Positions 24,753-43,560 of a DNA stretch of 64,000 bases are shown one piece after another. Source of the stretch: the human T2T-CHM13v2.0 reference genome, Homo sapiens. Position 1 is the first letter of the stretch. Each line of letters begins with the position of its first letter. The DNA lies in NCBI RefSeq assembly GCF_009914755.1, contig NC_060947.1; one strand, written 5' to 3'. A program made the position numbers and the translations under genes. Below the pieces are notes generated by a model. That model made no database searches. It saw nothing but the letters and a program-made list of their open reading frames with translations, and had not been told where the DNA came from.

Positions 24753-25176
24753 TAACAATTGTTCTTTATAGGTGAACTTGTTTTAAACAGATGGTTTGTC
24801 AGTGTTCAGATGTTGACCTGAGAGTGGTGGAGGAATCTCCATTACAACCTGTTGAATCACACAGCTATGTTCGGATTTATTAGTTTCATTCCTCACTGCT
24901 TTTTCTCATCTACATCATCTTTCTCTTTCTTGAATTATTTATTGTGAATTAGTCTTTGTTTGTAGTATATCCTCACACATTTTCTTCATATGAGTTTGTG
25001 GATGATAATCCCTTCAAGAATAAAAGTGTTATTTTGGTCTCATATTTGAACAATTTTTTGACTGGTGTAGAATTCTAGGGTTAAGATCATTTTCTCTCAA
25101 AATTCTCTGAATATTGCTGCATTTCAGTGCATGAAGAATTTAGGCATCTGAGAAGTTCAACAACTATACAGTTTAC

Positions 25177-25816
25177 ACGTTTTTTATTTGGGCCAAGTTT
25201 GAGGACTGCAACCCAGGAGCATAGATTCAAGTTGCTCTGAATATATGTTCTAATTAGCAGCAGTTACAAGTAGGTTTTTAAAGGAAAAAAGGAGAGGCAG
25301 TATCTAATTTGTTTACCAAGAATTTACATTAAAATAGCATAAGCTATTGATTGCTATACATTGTCCTTTGTATCACAAATTCCAGGAACATGAAGATAAT
25401 GGTTGAGGCAGCTAGTCAGCAACAAATTGCCTTTAAACAGTTGCCCCCCCTGGGCATTGTGTGGGGGGTGTGACTGAAGTCCCCATACTCATGTCTTCTG
25501 GGCCTGATAAATTTTATATACCTCACATAGCTCAGGCTGCTCTGAGCTGTTTTTCTTTTCTCATTTCCCCCTTTTGATCAAAATTTTTCTCTTCTGAAAG
25601 CATTGATGATCAGCATTTTAGATATAAGTTTATCCCATGTCACTGGGGAGGCTTATTCCCAGATATTCTTGTCCCGTGTTGGATGGAAAGACGTAAAAAA
25701 GGTACCATGGCTTAAAGAACTTAGTGAGGTCTCAAGGCCAAATTGATTGGCAACACAGAGGAGCAGAGCAACAGGATCTCAGTCAAGCCATCCACTCACG
25801 CTGGAGCCATGGCATG
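25177..25816 (-). mobile_element. ERV1 fragment: 3' internal region, PPT and partial LTR
   Basis: LTR start (reverse complement tgagaaaagaaaaac) at 25563, preceded by a polypurine tract (tttcccccttt on +); flanked by 18-bp direct repeats. Confidence 0.65.
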
Positions 25817-25839
25817 AACAACTATACAGTTTACTCAAG

Positions 25840-26330
25840 TCCACCCTCACTTAATGGCACCAACTGCAAGTTTGGGGATTCCCCAAACCACCCTCAGATT
25901 TGATAGTTCATTAGAAGGATTTATAATACTCTGTGAGCACTATTATACTCACAGTTATGGTTTATTACAGGCAAATTATACATAGTAAGACCAGCCAAGG
26001 GAAAAAGTACATAGGGTGGAGTTTGGGAAGATACCAAATGTAGAGCTTTTGTTGTCCTCTTCCCATGGAGTCAGGACACGTTGCTCTCTTGGCATCAGTG
26101 TGTGACAAAATGTGCAGAGCATTGCCTAACAGGAAAGCTTACCCAAGCCTTAGTGTTCAGAGTTTTTATTGGGGTTTCATTATGTAGGCATTATTGACTG
26201 ACTGCCCTCTGGCTTGATCTCAGTCTCCAGCTCCACTTGGTGTGATCCAAAGCCTCCTAAATCACATAGTCATTTTTTCTGGAGTGTCTTTTCCCCACCC
26301 TAAATCACATTGTTACTATCTAGATTACAG
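25840..26330 (-). mobile_element. MER21-like LTR fragment
   Basis: Similarity to recalled MER21 antisense motifs (ccaccctcagatttgatagttcattagaag). Confidence 0.5.
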
Positions 26331-26351
26331 TCTATTAGAAAAATAAATCAA

Positions 26352-26662
26352 GGCTGTGCATGGTAGCTCATACCTATAATCCTAATACTTATACTTTGGG
26401 AGGCCAAAGCTGAAAGATCTCTAAAATCCAGAAGTTCAAGACCAGCCTAGGCAACAAAGTGAGACCTTATCTCTACAAAACCAAACAAAAAAAAAAAAAA
26501 AAATAGGTGTGATTGGGTGCACCTGTAGTCCTAGCTACTTGGGGGGCTGAAGATGGAGAATTGCTTGAACCCAGGAATTCAGAGCTGCAGAGAGCTATGA
26601 TCACACCACTGCATTCCAGGCTGGGTTACAGAGGGGTGACCTCCATCTCAAAAAAAAAAAAA
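26352..26662 (+). mobile_element. AluJ
   Basis: Diverged dimeric Alu with A-rich linker and tail. Confidence 0.88.
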
Positions 26663-32832
<6,170 letters not shown>

Positions 32833-33582
32833 AAAGGAAATTTTTTAAAAATCCCATTTATGATAGCATCAAAAAGAGTACAATAGTTAGGAATAAATTT
32901 AACCAAGGATGTAATAATGTGCACACTGAAAATTATAAAACATTGATGAAAGAAATTCAAGAAGACACAAATCAATGGAAAGATACCTTATGTTTATGGA
33001 TTGGAAGAATCAATATTATTAAAATGTTCATACTGCCTGAAGCAATACACAGATTCAACACAATCCCTATTGAAATTCCAATGGCATTTTTCACAGAATA
33101 GAAAAAAAAATTCTAAAATGTGGATGAAACTAGAAGACATTATATTAAGTGAAATATACTAGACACAGATAGATAAATACTGTATGATTTCACTTATATA
33201 TGGAATCTAAAAAAAATGTTCAGTTCATAAAAGCAGAGAGTAAAACAGTGGTTGACAGTGGGTGGGAGACCTGGAGAGATGTTGGTCAAAGTGTATGAAC
33301 TTACAGTTGTAAGATGAATAAGTTCTGGATACCGGACATACAGCATGGCAACTATAGTTAATAATAATGTATTGAATATTTGAAATATGCTATAAGAATA
33401 GATCTTAAGCATTCTCACCACATACCCAAAAAAGTAACTATGTGAGGTGATGGATATTTTACTTAGCTTGATTGTGGTAATAATTTCACAATGTGTACAT
33501 TTATCAGAATATCACATTGTATACCTTGAATATATACCATTTTTATTTGCCAATTATACTTCAAGGCAGAAAAAAATAAAAT
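32833..33582 (+). mobile_element. Old L1M sense fragment (ORF2 piece and 3' end)
   Basis: ORF 32919-33101 ([26 protein letters not shown]) followed by an L1MA/MB-type 3'UTR. Confidence 0.78.
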
Positions 33583-34667
33583 TAGAGTAGAAACAAAAGC
33601 TTGGAGGTCTGAAATGTTACTAAAAGTGTAACATTTTCCTTTTTTCAATATTCTTGCCACATGGTGGGTAGGTCCTTTTAGTCTGAAGATTCAAGTCTGT
33701 CTTATTTGGGGGATATTTTCTTCAATTAGTCCCTTGATTATTGATCCTTCTCTTTTGGCTGTATTCTCTCCTGTGACTGCTAATAGGTGTGTAAATCAGT
33801 ACCAGGCACATAATAAGCACATGTTAAATATCTGTTGATCGTATAAATTGATCCTGGATTTGCTTGATCAGTTTTCCGTGTATCTTACATCTTCTTTCAT
33901 GATTTACAACCTAGACATTTTGCTGTTTTCAGAACAAATTTTTTGAATTGTTACTGCAGAAGCTGCTTTTGCTCATTTATGTTCTGCTTTTAAAAAATTA
34001 TGCCATTTTATTAAAATATAGTTTTTGGAATGTTGTCATGTTATCTAATTTTTTATGTCCTCTGATGACTTTGTTTAAAATTAGTTCAATTATGTCTTGT
34101 ATCTGAGGATACTTATTAGAAATTTTTTTATTACTGTTATTCTATCTTGTTTCCCATATTAACTTTGTTCCATTAAGGACTGTTTGTCCCCATTGCTTTT
34201 TTTGTCTCCTCACTTTAACTGCTGTTTCTTCTCAAAAGTTCTAGTCAATGCATATATTCTATTCAACATATATATTTAGCTCTAGATGTAATCAGTTTTG
34301 GTATGTGCCTCCAGGTGGCATCCTGTGCAGTCTTCATGAAGTGAAACCCAAAGACTGGTGCCCCTGTCAGTTGTTCTACTGCAGAGACTTTGTGGAGTAT
34401 GTGGTTGGAGATGAATCTATGGTTAAGGGAGTGGATTTTTTAAAACCAATATGTTGAAGTATAATATACATAAGTGCATCAACTGTAAGCATACAACTTG
34501 TTGTGTTTTCACAAAGTAAACATACCATGTAGAACCAACACCCAGATTAAGAACTAGAGCACGAACAGTACCCCAGAAGCTCCCTTCTCCCTTCTTTTAG
34601 TCACTACTCTTCTCCAAAGGTGGCCACTGTCCTGATTTCTCCACATAGATTAATAAAACATAGCAGG

Positions 34668-34822
34668 GGCCGAGAGTGGTGGCACACACCTATAGTCCCA
34701 GCTACTCAGGAGGCTGAGGTGGGAGGATCGTTTGAGCCCAGGAGGTCAAAGCTGCAGTGAGTCGTAATTGTGCCACTGCACTCCAGCTTGGGCGACAGAG
34801 CAAGACCCTGTCTCAAGATAAA
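34668..34822 (+). mobile_element. Free right Alu monomer (FRAM-like) within old L1M
   Basis: Single right-arm monomer; 17-bp TSD taataaaa(c/t)atagcagg at 34651-34667 and 34823-34839. Confidence 0.82.
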
Positions 34823-35704
34823 TAATAAAATATAGCAGGTATTCTGTTTATGTCAAGTTTCTATTGCTCAAAATGATGTTTGTGAGATTCATCTGTGGTA
34901 AATTGTATAAATGTAGTAGTAGATTGTGAATTGTCATTACTGTATTGTATTCCATGTTATGACTCTCCTGTAATTTATGCATTGCACAGTTGATGGGCAT
35001 TTGGGTGGTTTCCAGTTTAAGGTATGAAAAGTAGTGCTGTCCAAAACATTTTTTTATATGTCTTTTGGTGAATTTGTGCATACATCTGTTGGGTACATAC
35101 CCAGAGTGGAATTGCTGGATTATTAGGGAGTTTTGTTGGTTGGTTGTTTGCCATTTTGTTTTAAACTCCTTGTGTCCTGGTGGGAATTGTTCAGTAGATA
35201 CTGAGAAATTGATGATGCAAAAGAAAATGGATAGCAGAAGGAATGAAGTTCTATGGGTTTTGGCCCTCACAAAAGTAAATACATATCTTCCTACAGAAAT
35301 CAAACAGGTTTTTATGGCTCAAAGCCCCGGAATTATACGGGGCAGAATAGGCGAATGTGCTTGCAGTCAGCTGGCTTTAAAAGAGCCTTTCTTATTGGAA
35401 GTATAGAGAGGAAAATTCTTTTCCACTAGCGGGAAGAACCACTTCTGGTGCTCAACATCATGTGCATTGCTGCAGTGGAGAAGAAAAAAGAGGGAAGCGT
35501 TTTCATTGGGCTCATACTGCTTATGATAGGCCTGGCAGAGTCTTGCTTTTGGCAACTATTGAGTATGAATGGCCAGTCTCTACTTGTAAAGAGAGGTCAT
35601 TGGACTTAAATGGAATTAATGGAAGTAAAATGTTCTCAGGTTGTTACTGCAAATCATTCATGTAGTCAGTGCCAGGGGTTAAACAATTCTCGCCTCTTTT
35701 CTAG

Positions 35705-35797
35705 TCTGTCACCTTCAAAACTACCAGCAGAAATCTTGCTCGAGCCATGTGTATGAAGAACCTCAAGCTCACTATTATCATCATCATCGTATCAATT
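35705..35797 (+). CDS. VAMP7: VAMP7 exon 7 (93 nt): SNARE C-terminal half, juxtamembrane region and start of TM
   Basis: ctcttttctag acceptor and gtaagt donor; encodes SVTFKTTSRNLARAMCMKNLKLTIIIIIVSI, in phase with the flanking exons. Confidence 0.97.
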
Positions 35798-37032
35798 GTA
35801 AGTTTTTGTCCTTTTAGTGTATGGCTTTATTTTTCAATCTCTAAGAAATTAGGTACTAGAATTATTTCTCAATGATTAACACTCTGAAATGAGCTACATA
35901 TGTCTTTTAATAGTGAAACACATGACCAGGCAGTGGCTTTCCTATGAAGTCACTATGAAATATCTCTACTTAAACCCCTCCTTCCTATTGAGAATTATTA
36001 TATATTCTCAATAGGAAGAGATCTATAAAACTGACCTCACAGAAATGTAGTTATTTTAAATAAAGACATTTCTGTTTATATGTAATGGGTTTATTGTTTT
36101 TATTTTTAAATTAATTATGTATTTTTAAAGTTTTAATTTCTAATATGGCAAATGCTGATAATTATAATCCCCCTTAAACAAGAACTCTTTGGAGTCCTCA
36201 GTAATTTTTGAGTGTGTAAAGAGGTCCTAAACCACAACTTTAAAAACTATTGCTAACAGGTGGGGGGTGCTTTACCCTGTTCATGGTCAGATAAAGTTGC
36301 CTTTCCTCCCCATCCTCCAGTCATGTCCAGAAGCCCAAAGTTACCTCCAAGCAGATAACTCTGACCCTGCTTCTCCTCTACCACAGCTTGAGGGTCCTCT
36401 GCCTTAGACAGCTGGATTTATCTAAAAGAGAAGAGCAGTCATAGATCTGTAGATTTTATACTGGAAGTAATTGTCATGGCCTTGAATGGTTCCTTGCTCA
36501 GGTTTCTCTTTCTAATATCACATTTTAGGCTCCTGAGCTTAGCTTCTTACTTATTATTTGGTCTGGGAGTTTAGGTTGATTTGTGCAGCTGAATTGTTAA
36601 ATTCAGAATATATTTACTGATTACTTATTACATGCAGAGCACAGCTCTAAATGCAATATCAATCTTTGCGAAAAGGTGTTGTCACCTAACGAGATGTACT
36701 TCAGCTTGAAAAATCCTTATATTACAGCTGTGACAAATAGTCAACTTTACATCAAGTTGGTAAACTTTACATTTGTGGCATGTGTATGTGTGAGTATGTG
36801 TGTGTATGTGTGAATATGATGTCAGAAGTTCAACCTATTCATTAATAAACAGAATTTGCTGTAATCTGCCCCCCAACCCTGGCAATATTTATAGTTCCCT
36901 ACAAGGCAAAATGCTTTGCTCACTTTTGGAGCAAAGGGCATGCAATTCATCAATGCATCCTTTTCCAAGCTTGCAAATAATGAAATCAGTCACTTAAAGA
37001 TCTCAAAAAGTTGTAATTTAAAGCAAAATAAA

Positions 37033-37182
37033 GCCAGGCATAGGGGCTTATGCCTGTAATCCCAGCACTTTGGGAAGCTGAGGCAGGAGGATTGCTTGAG
37101 GCCAAGAGTTTGAAGCCAGCCTGGTCAACATAGTGACACCCTATCTCTACAAAAATAAAAAATAAAAAATAAATAAAATAAA
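37033..37182 (+). mobile_element. Free left Alu monomer (FLAM-like)
   Basis: Left-arm consensus followed directly by an A-rich tail. Confidence 0.8.
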
Positions 37183-37885
37183 GTGACTAATGCAGTGAAC
37201 CTAATGTTTAAAATCTATTTTTTGTGATATAATAATGTGAACAAGTAGTGACTTTTATAATATAATTTAAAATTATAATCTAGAATTAAAAAGCAAACAC
37301 ATCTGTAATAGCACCAGTATTTTTGCAGTGTTACTTACATCATCTGCTTTTCATTGTTTTGGTCATCGTAATTATTGTGTCATTATCCACTGAACAGTTC
37401 GTAGCAGTGTTCTTGCTCATAAGTGATATAGATGAAAGCCTTCTACTCAGGCTTTTAAAATATATTCTTATATTAATCAAAAATAAAATTCATGTGCAAA
37501 ACCTAAAAATATAATTAATGAAACCATACTTCAGGAGAATTATGGTTATTTGTGATTTTTTTATGACTTGTTAATGACACATCAGTATGAGTTGCTCATT
37601 TAGCCTTGATTCTGCCGAGTTACCAGTGAAGAGCAACAACCCCACTGCTTTCTCTCCCACTGAAGGAAACGCTAGAGTTCAAGTGGGTGTGAGTTATACC
37701 AAAAACGACAATGTTAACTACACTTCTGTCTTGGAAAATACTTGTTTAGTGTGTTCCATTACTACATAACTGCTACTCTAATGGAATCAGAAGTATTTCT
37801 TAATAAGGCTCTACTTTCCTATATATATTATTTAGAATAATATGATTGATTCAAGAAAATAAAATTGCTCTCCTCCTCCCTCCAG

Positions 37886-37954
37886 GTGTTCATCTATATC
37901 ATTGTTTCACCTCTCTGTGGTGGATTTACATGGCCAAGCTGTGTGAAGAAATAG
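37886..37954 (+). CDS. VAMP7: VAMP7 terminal coding exon (exon 8): end of TM and luminal tail
   Basis: ctctcctcctccctccag acceptor; encodes VFIYIIVSPLCGGFTWPSCVKK then TAG. Confidence 0.97.
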   Translation: MFIYIIVSPLCGGFTWPSCVKK

Positions 37955-38142
37955 GAAAGAAGAAGTTACCATTAACCAAGGATATGAGAGAACAAGGAGT
38001 TAAAAGCAATCCATGTGACTCAAGCCTTTCACATACTGACAGATGGTATCTGCCAGTCTCTTCAACCCTCTTCTCACTTTTTAAAATCTTGTTCCATGCC
38101 TCCAGGTTTATCTTTGTCTTATCTACCAGTTTATTCCTGTGA
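37886..38142 (+). CDS. VAMP7: Alternative reading frame of exon 8 used by the exon-6-skipped isoform (VAMP7b)
   Basis: Shifted frame is open through exons 7 and 8 (VCHLQNYQQK...INCVHLYHCF...STSLFL*), matching the recalled VAMP7b C-terminus. Confidence 0.8.
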
Positions 38143-39770
38143 ACTTCAGATTGAACCATTCATTGCAGCAGTAGCCTTAAAAAGGCTTTTGTTTATTTCT
38201 TTGGTTTGTTAACTAGTGTCATCTATTTAGAGAAACATTTTTGTTTTTAATTGCTCAAAGCTGTCGCCGCTAGTCTTATGAGCTATCTACTAAAACTATG
38301 GAGAAACTTTGTATGTGCACACAAAAGTATTCAAGAGACAGTATTGCTAACATCTCATCTTAATGTCTTTTGTTATTGAGAAGTTTTAGGTGCTTCAAAA
38401 CAATATAAATGGATAATAGTTGTTATTTGGGGAATTGTAATGATGTTGGTGCTGCTTCCTTCTAAGAGCTCAGACAAGTAAAGTATGAAACATTCTTATT
38501 TCAGTTAGATGGGGAACATTTTGCTAGCCCATTAGAAGCACACAGAATTATCCTTGTCCTCCTAATATTGACTTTCAGGAATAAAGTTCAGTGTGCTGAT
38601 CATTCACAATACAGTGGATAGCTTGATATCTTCTGTTTTCCCATTGCAGTTGATTTGAGAAGATGAAGGTTTAAATATTGTTGAAAGTTGCAGTTTTTTA
38701 AATGTGTTCCTTTTTCTTCTGTGAATATTTAGGGCAATCGTGTCGCTAATAGAATATGTAGTAGAGGGGGTGGGGAGGTAAATTCCTCTGACTTGCCAAA
38801 GAAAAAGAAGGGAACCACAGTGGATATGCTAGCATTTTAGCTGTGCAAAGGGAGGTAGTGTGGGAAAAGTGTTTCCATTCTGGGAAAAGCCCAAACCGAA
38901 TACGGTCAGCAGTCAACTCCAGGGTTTGGGCTTGATTCCTGTTGAATAATAGTTTTGAGCATTCTTTGTGGTTAAATAAATTCTTAAATCTGCCTAGTTT
39001 TGATGAATTCTTTTGTGAAACTTGAAAGAGAATAGACAGTATGACATATAGAATTAATACAAAACAGTTTAACAACCATTTAACTGCAGTGTAAGAAAAT
39101 TGGACTGTAATCATATCGCTACTGGCATCTGTTATCTAGTATGCATTTCTGGTGTGTATCTGAAAGGAAGACATTTTCTACCCTAGATCCAATTGCATTT
39201 ATTTATCAATAAGTGCCATTAAATTGAAATTATATTACATTTTACACTTTCTCAATGAATGAACAAATTAGTCTGTAGAATCTAGCCACCTGTTTAGCCT
39301 AGTCATGTGCCTTGAACATATATGTGTCCCATAATCTGGCTCATGGTACCTGTTCTTCTATCCAAACCTTTCAATTCATGCTACCTGATTCATTTATTTG
39401 ACATAGATCTTAGGCCCACTTGAACTCTTTTCTTGTTTATCTAGCATAGCACAAACGTTTTTCCAGTCTTCTTTATCAACACTAATGCCTCTTAATTGCA
39501 TCAGTATTTCCTATTGGAAAATACATCTGTTCCAGAAAAACATTTGGCATTCCTGAATAATTTCCAAATGTTTTTAATCCAAAGAAAAAGGTTTAAAGCT
39601 TATTTCCCTTTCTTATACACACCTGAATAAAATTGATGTGCATGTTTTAGGGATCAATTACCTAACTGTTCCTTGGTCTATTTATGTATAAGAATGCTTT
39701 TTAAAGCACATGTCTCATTTTAAATGACGCACAAACTGAAGATGTTAATAAAATTTAAGAGTAATACAAT
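37955..39770 (+). other. VAMP7: VAMP7 3'UTR (end approximate)
   Basis: Repeat-free AU-rich sequence from the stop codon to just past the distal AATAAA. Confidence 0.8.
39747..39752 (+). terminator. Distal polyadenylation signal of VAMP7
   Basis: AATAAA, a CA ~15 nt downstream and a GU/U-rich element (tttgcttgttttt). Other AATAAA at 38580, 38975 and 39626. Confidence 0.75.
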
Positions 39771-41030
39771 GATTTGCTTGTTTTAGAAGTTCTTTCTGGA
39801 ACCTAATTTCTTCTGATGACATTTGCCATTGTTTACAGAACAAAAGTATTTTACTTATGCGGAAAATATATTAAGAAGTGTTACCTGGAGACTTCCAGTA
39901 AAGATCTGTAGCATAGTCTCAGGTGTGTAGAATTTCTTCAAAAGACACAAATGAACTTAAAAAATATATAGCCCATGCTGAAACCAATGAAAGATTCTGA
40001 GATGATCACACAGCCTTCACAACTATCGTCCTGAGTGCATGATTTAGACAGAACTGAAAAAGAACCCCAGGGATTTTCATCCAGTTTAGCACAATTCTGA
40101 AAAATCTTTCTATCTAAAGTTAAATGACTGGTTCTGAAAGAGACTCAAGCGGAAGGCATAATGGTGGGAGGGAATAATTCATTATAGCAAACAGGGTACC
40201 TAAACAGAAATAAAAGAAAAACAGGCACAAATCAAATATACAAATAGATAGGTCACAACAAAATAATCAGTCACTTGGGACCTCTGAACGTAAGGTGGCT
40301 AAAGTCAGGTATAGAATATATTTTTGTACAGGCTGCAATAACTTAAAAACAGCCTATTTAAGTTCTCCCTAGGTTTTATCCAGATTTCAACTGAAATGTG
40401 CATTCTCTAACAGACACTTAGAGAAAAATAAAAGATGGTTATTTATTTGGTTATGAATAAAGAAAGAAGTGACACCAGCTATTTCTCTTTACTTCAAACC
40501 CTTGGCAAAAAAAAAAAACAGTGTTACAATCCAAAAGTTTCCTTAATAGTGAATGTAGGTGCCTTTAGATAATGGTTTCTTCTTGCTTGACTCTTGGTAT
40601 CTATCTTTTCTGGCCTCAAGATAGACAAAGATACTGGGTTGCTTCCCAGGGTATCTTGATGGAAATGAATGTAACAACAACAGCAGCACCGTAGACCCTA
40701 CCAAAGTGTTCTACATTAGAAGCAAGTCTATGTCTTGCAATGCCATCTTCTCAAGTATAATAAACAGGGTGGAAGTAGTGGTTGTGGTTGCCATGTATAT
40801 CAGCGTGAATCCAGTGAAGACAGCAGAGGCAAGACAAGTGTTAGGGAAACAAAGAGTTTAATATAGGATTCAAGGTTACAAAAATGTGTGACAAACTGGG
40901 AAGTGAAGGTCTGGAAGGCAGGTACCAGAAGATCAGAAGAACAGTCCTAGTGCTTTCACTTGAGGCAGTGACATAGGCAGACAGGTCGGAGCTTGCTGGA
41001 AAACCTAAGAAGCCCTGTATGTCTGCTTGC

Positions 41031-41404
41031 TGATATGGTTTTGCTGTGTCCCCACCCAAATCTCGCCTTGAATTTTAATCCCTATAATCCCCACATGTCA
41101 AGGGAGGGACCTGGTGGGAGGTGATTGGACCATGGGGGCAGTTTCCTCCATGTTGTTCTCATGATAGTGAGGGAGTTCTCATGAGATCTGATGGTTTTAT
41201 AAGTGTTCGACAGTTCCTCCTTCACACACTCACTCTCTCCTGATACCTTGTGAAGAAGGTGGCTGCTTCCCCTTCCACCATGATTGTAAGTTTCCTGAGG
41301 CCTCCCCAGCCTTGCGAAACTGTGAGTCAATTAAACCTCTTTCCTTTATTAACTGCCCAGTCTCGGGTAGTATCTGTACAGTAGTATGAGAGAAGACTAA
41401 TACA
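41031..41404 (+). mobile_element. THE1 (THE1D-like) MaLR solo LTR
   Basis: tgatatggtt...actaataca; 5-bp TSD CTTGC at 41026-41030 and 41405-41409. Confidence 0.9.
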
Positions 41405-42099
41405 CTTGCCAAAGTTGGTGTGTGAAGAGAGACATGTGGAAAGGTTTATGGAAGCCACAGCTTCAGTAGATCTGATGCCAAGTACCAAGTAGTAGGCTTG
41501 CAGCCCCAGTTGGTTAGCATGACTAACAGTCCACAGAATGAGTTGGATGTGGAATGGAAAAGGTTGAGGAAAAGCTGCGACACACCAGGCACCTAAGCAT
41601 CTTTGTATCCTTTGAAGGGTACTGGCCTCTACTTTTGTTCTGCTTTCCAAGTCTCATATAAGTGCAACTCACTGAGAAAGGCTAACCCTAAAACCATCTA
41701 GGGTAAGGGGATTCTATGAAATTCTCAGCTTCTGGCAAAAGCAATGGTGCCAGTCTAGCATAGCCCAGTTCCTCCTAGACTCATTCATAGTATTGGCTCT
41801 ACTGCTTTGTCAAGACAATTTTGGTAAGTTAAAGCATTCTTCTGGTCAGAATACACTGTACAAAATTATTTTGGGTTCGTGCTATTTATTAAGCCCAAAC
41901 AATCTAAATCCAAAATGCTGTGACTTTTTACATCTCTTCCAAAGAGAAAAAAAATCATGGCAATATTCTGTATAAGAAAACTAACATGCACGGGCTGACA
42001 CCATGTTTTTTCTTTTTAAATCCCCATTGCAAGTTTAGAAAAGCACAAAGAAAACTTTAAGAAGTCTCATAGAGAATATTGAACTCAAGACTGCAACTT

Positions 42100-43560
42100 A
42101 CAGACTTTCACTGCTGGCCAAGATGGAGTAACAGATACAGGGCATTTACCTACCTGCGTGAAATAACACCCCCGGAAAGACAAAATATATGAAGCAACAG
42201 TTTTCAAGACACTGGACACTAGGCAACAAAGGACAGTGATCTTTCGAAGAGTTGAATCCTACAATTGTACCAGCTTATTCTGAGGAGAGAGTAACTAGGT
42301 CATAATACAATGAGGAGGAACCCAGGCAGAGCCTGGCAGATTCCCTGGGTTGAGATGTGACTTGAGATTTCCAGGAAGATCAAGACAGATGTCTTTGCAG
42401 GATAGAGTACTAGAGAGGAGAGAGCTGCACAGAAAGGACTCTAGATCTGAGGAAACTACTCAATGGCAGAGAAAGAACCACCCGAAAAAAGATTAGACGG
42501 AAGAGTTTCCTGCACTCACGCAGTACCAGAAGTAGTGCCTGTATATGCATTCAAACTGGAAAATTTCATGAATCACAGAGTATTTGATAGAGTACCCAGA
42601 AAGGTCTTACCTCAGTAATGGAGAATAAATAACCCTAGTCCAGAGCTTCTCAACCTTGGCACTGTTGGCATTTGGAGCCAGATATTTTTTGTCATGTGGG
42701 GCTGTCCTGTGCATTGTATTATAGTATTTTGCCAGCATCCCTGGCCATCAATCTACTAGATGCCAGGGCCACTGTCTTCCCAGTTCTGACAACCAAAAAC
42801 CTTCCAAATGATTTCACAAAGTTGGGAAGACAAAATTGTCCCTGATTGAGAACCATTGCTGTAGACTAAACACACCTCTCATCCAGCTTGATACATTTTA
42901 AAAGTAAGACCTGAGATGATGAAATTGTTTTCCAGGTAACTGCATCCCAGAACAAACCTCAAGAATATATTTATGGAAACACAAACACAGCACGCAAATT
43001 AAAATTCAATGTGTAAGGCAGCAAATACAAAATTACCGGTCACACAAAGAAGCAGGAAAATATGACCAACGATAAGATAAAAAAATTTATCAATTTAAAT
43101 AAATGGAGAACTGACATGTTAGAATTAGCAAAGATATAAAAACAGCTATTAATGTTGTATTACATGTGTTCTAAAAGGTAAGCAGAGGCATGAAATAAAA
43201 AGGCACATTTAATTTCTAGAAATTAAGACTAGGATATCTGAGATGTAAAATACACAGGATTGGATTAATGACCTAGTAGACATAGCAGAAGTAGAAATTA
43301 CTGACCTTGAAGACTAAGCAATAGAAACTCTCCAAATGAAACACATCAATTAAAAGATAAAGTGTTAAATGTCAAAGTGTATTTTTAGAGTCAACTCTTA
43401 TCTTTAAGAAACTCACTTAAAATGTTAATATAGGTTAAAAGTAAAAGCATGGGAAAATATACCATGCAGACAGTAATGAGAAAACTGCAGTAGATGTCAG
43501 AGCAAAGGATATTGCCAGGGATAGAGAAGATTGTTTCATAATGATAAGTGGGTAAATTCA
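42100..43560 (+). mobile_element. Old L1M 5'/ORF1-region remnant
   Basis: ggccaagatggagtaacag 5'-like motif and A-rich ORF1-like sequence. Confidence 0.55.
42641..42858 (+). mobile_element. MER20 (hAT-Charlie MITE)
   Basis: cagagcttctcaaccttggcactg...tgagaaccattg termini. Confidence 0.82.

Noticed and set aside
38746-39114. 122-aa antisense ORF in the VAMP7 3'UTR
   Set aside because: No recognisable domain, promoter or splice context; plausible by chance.
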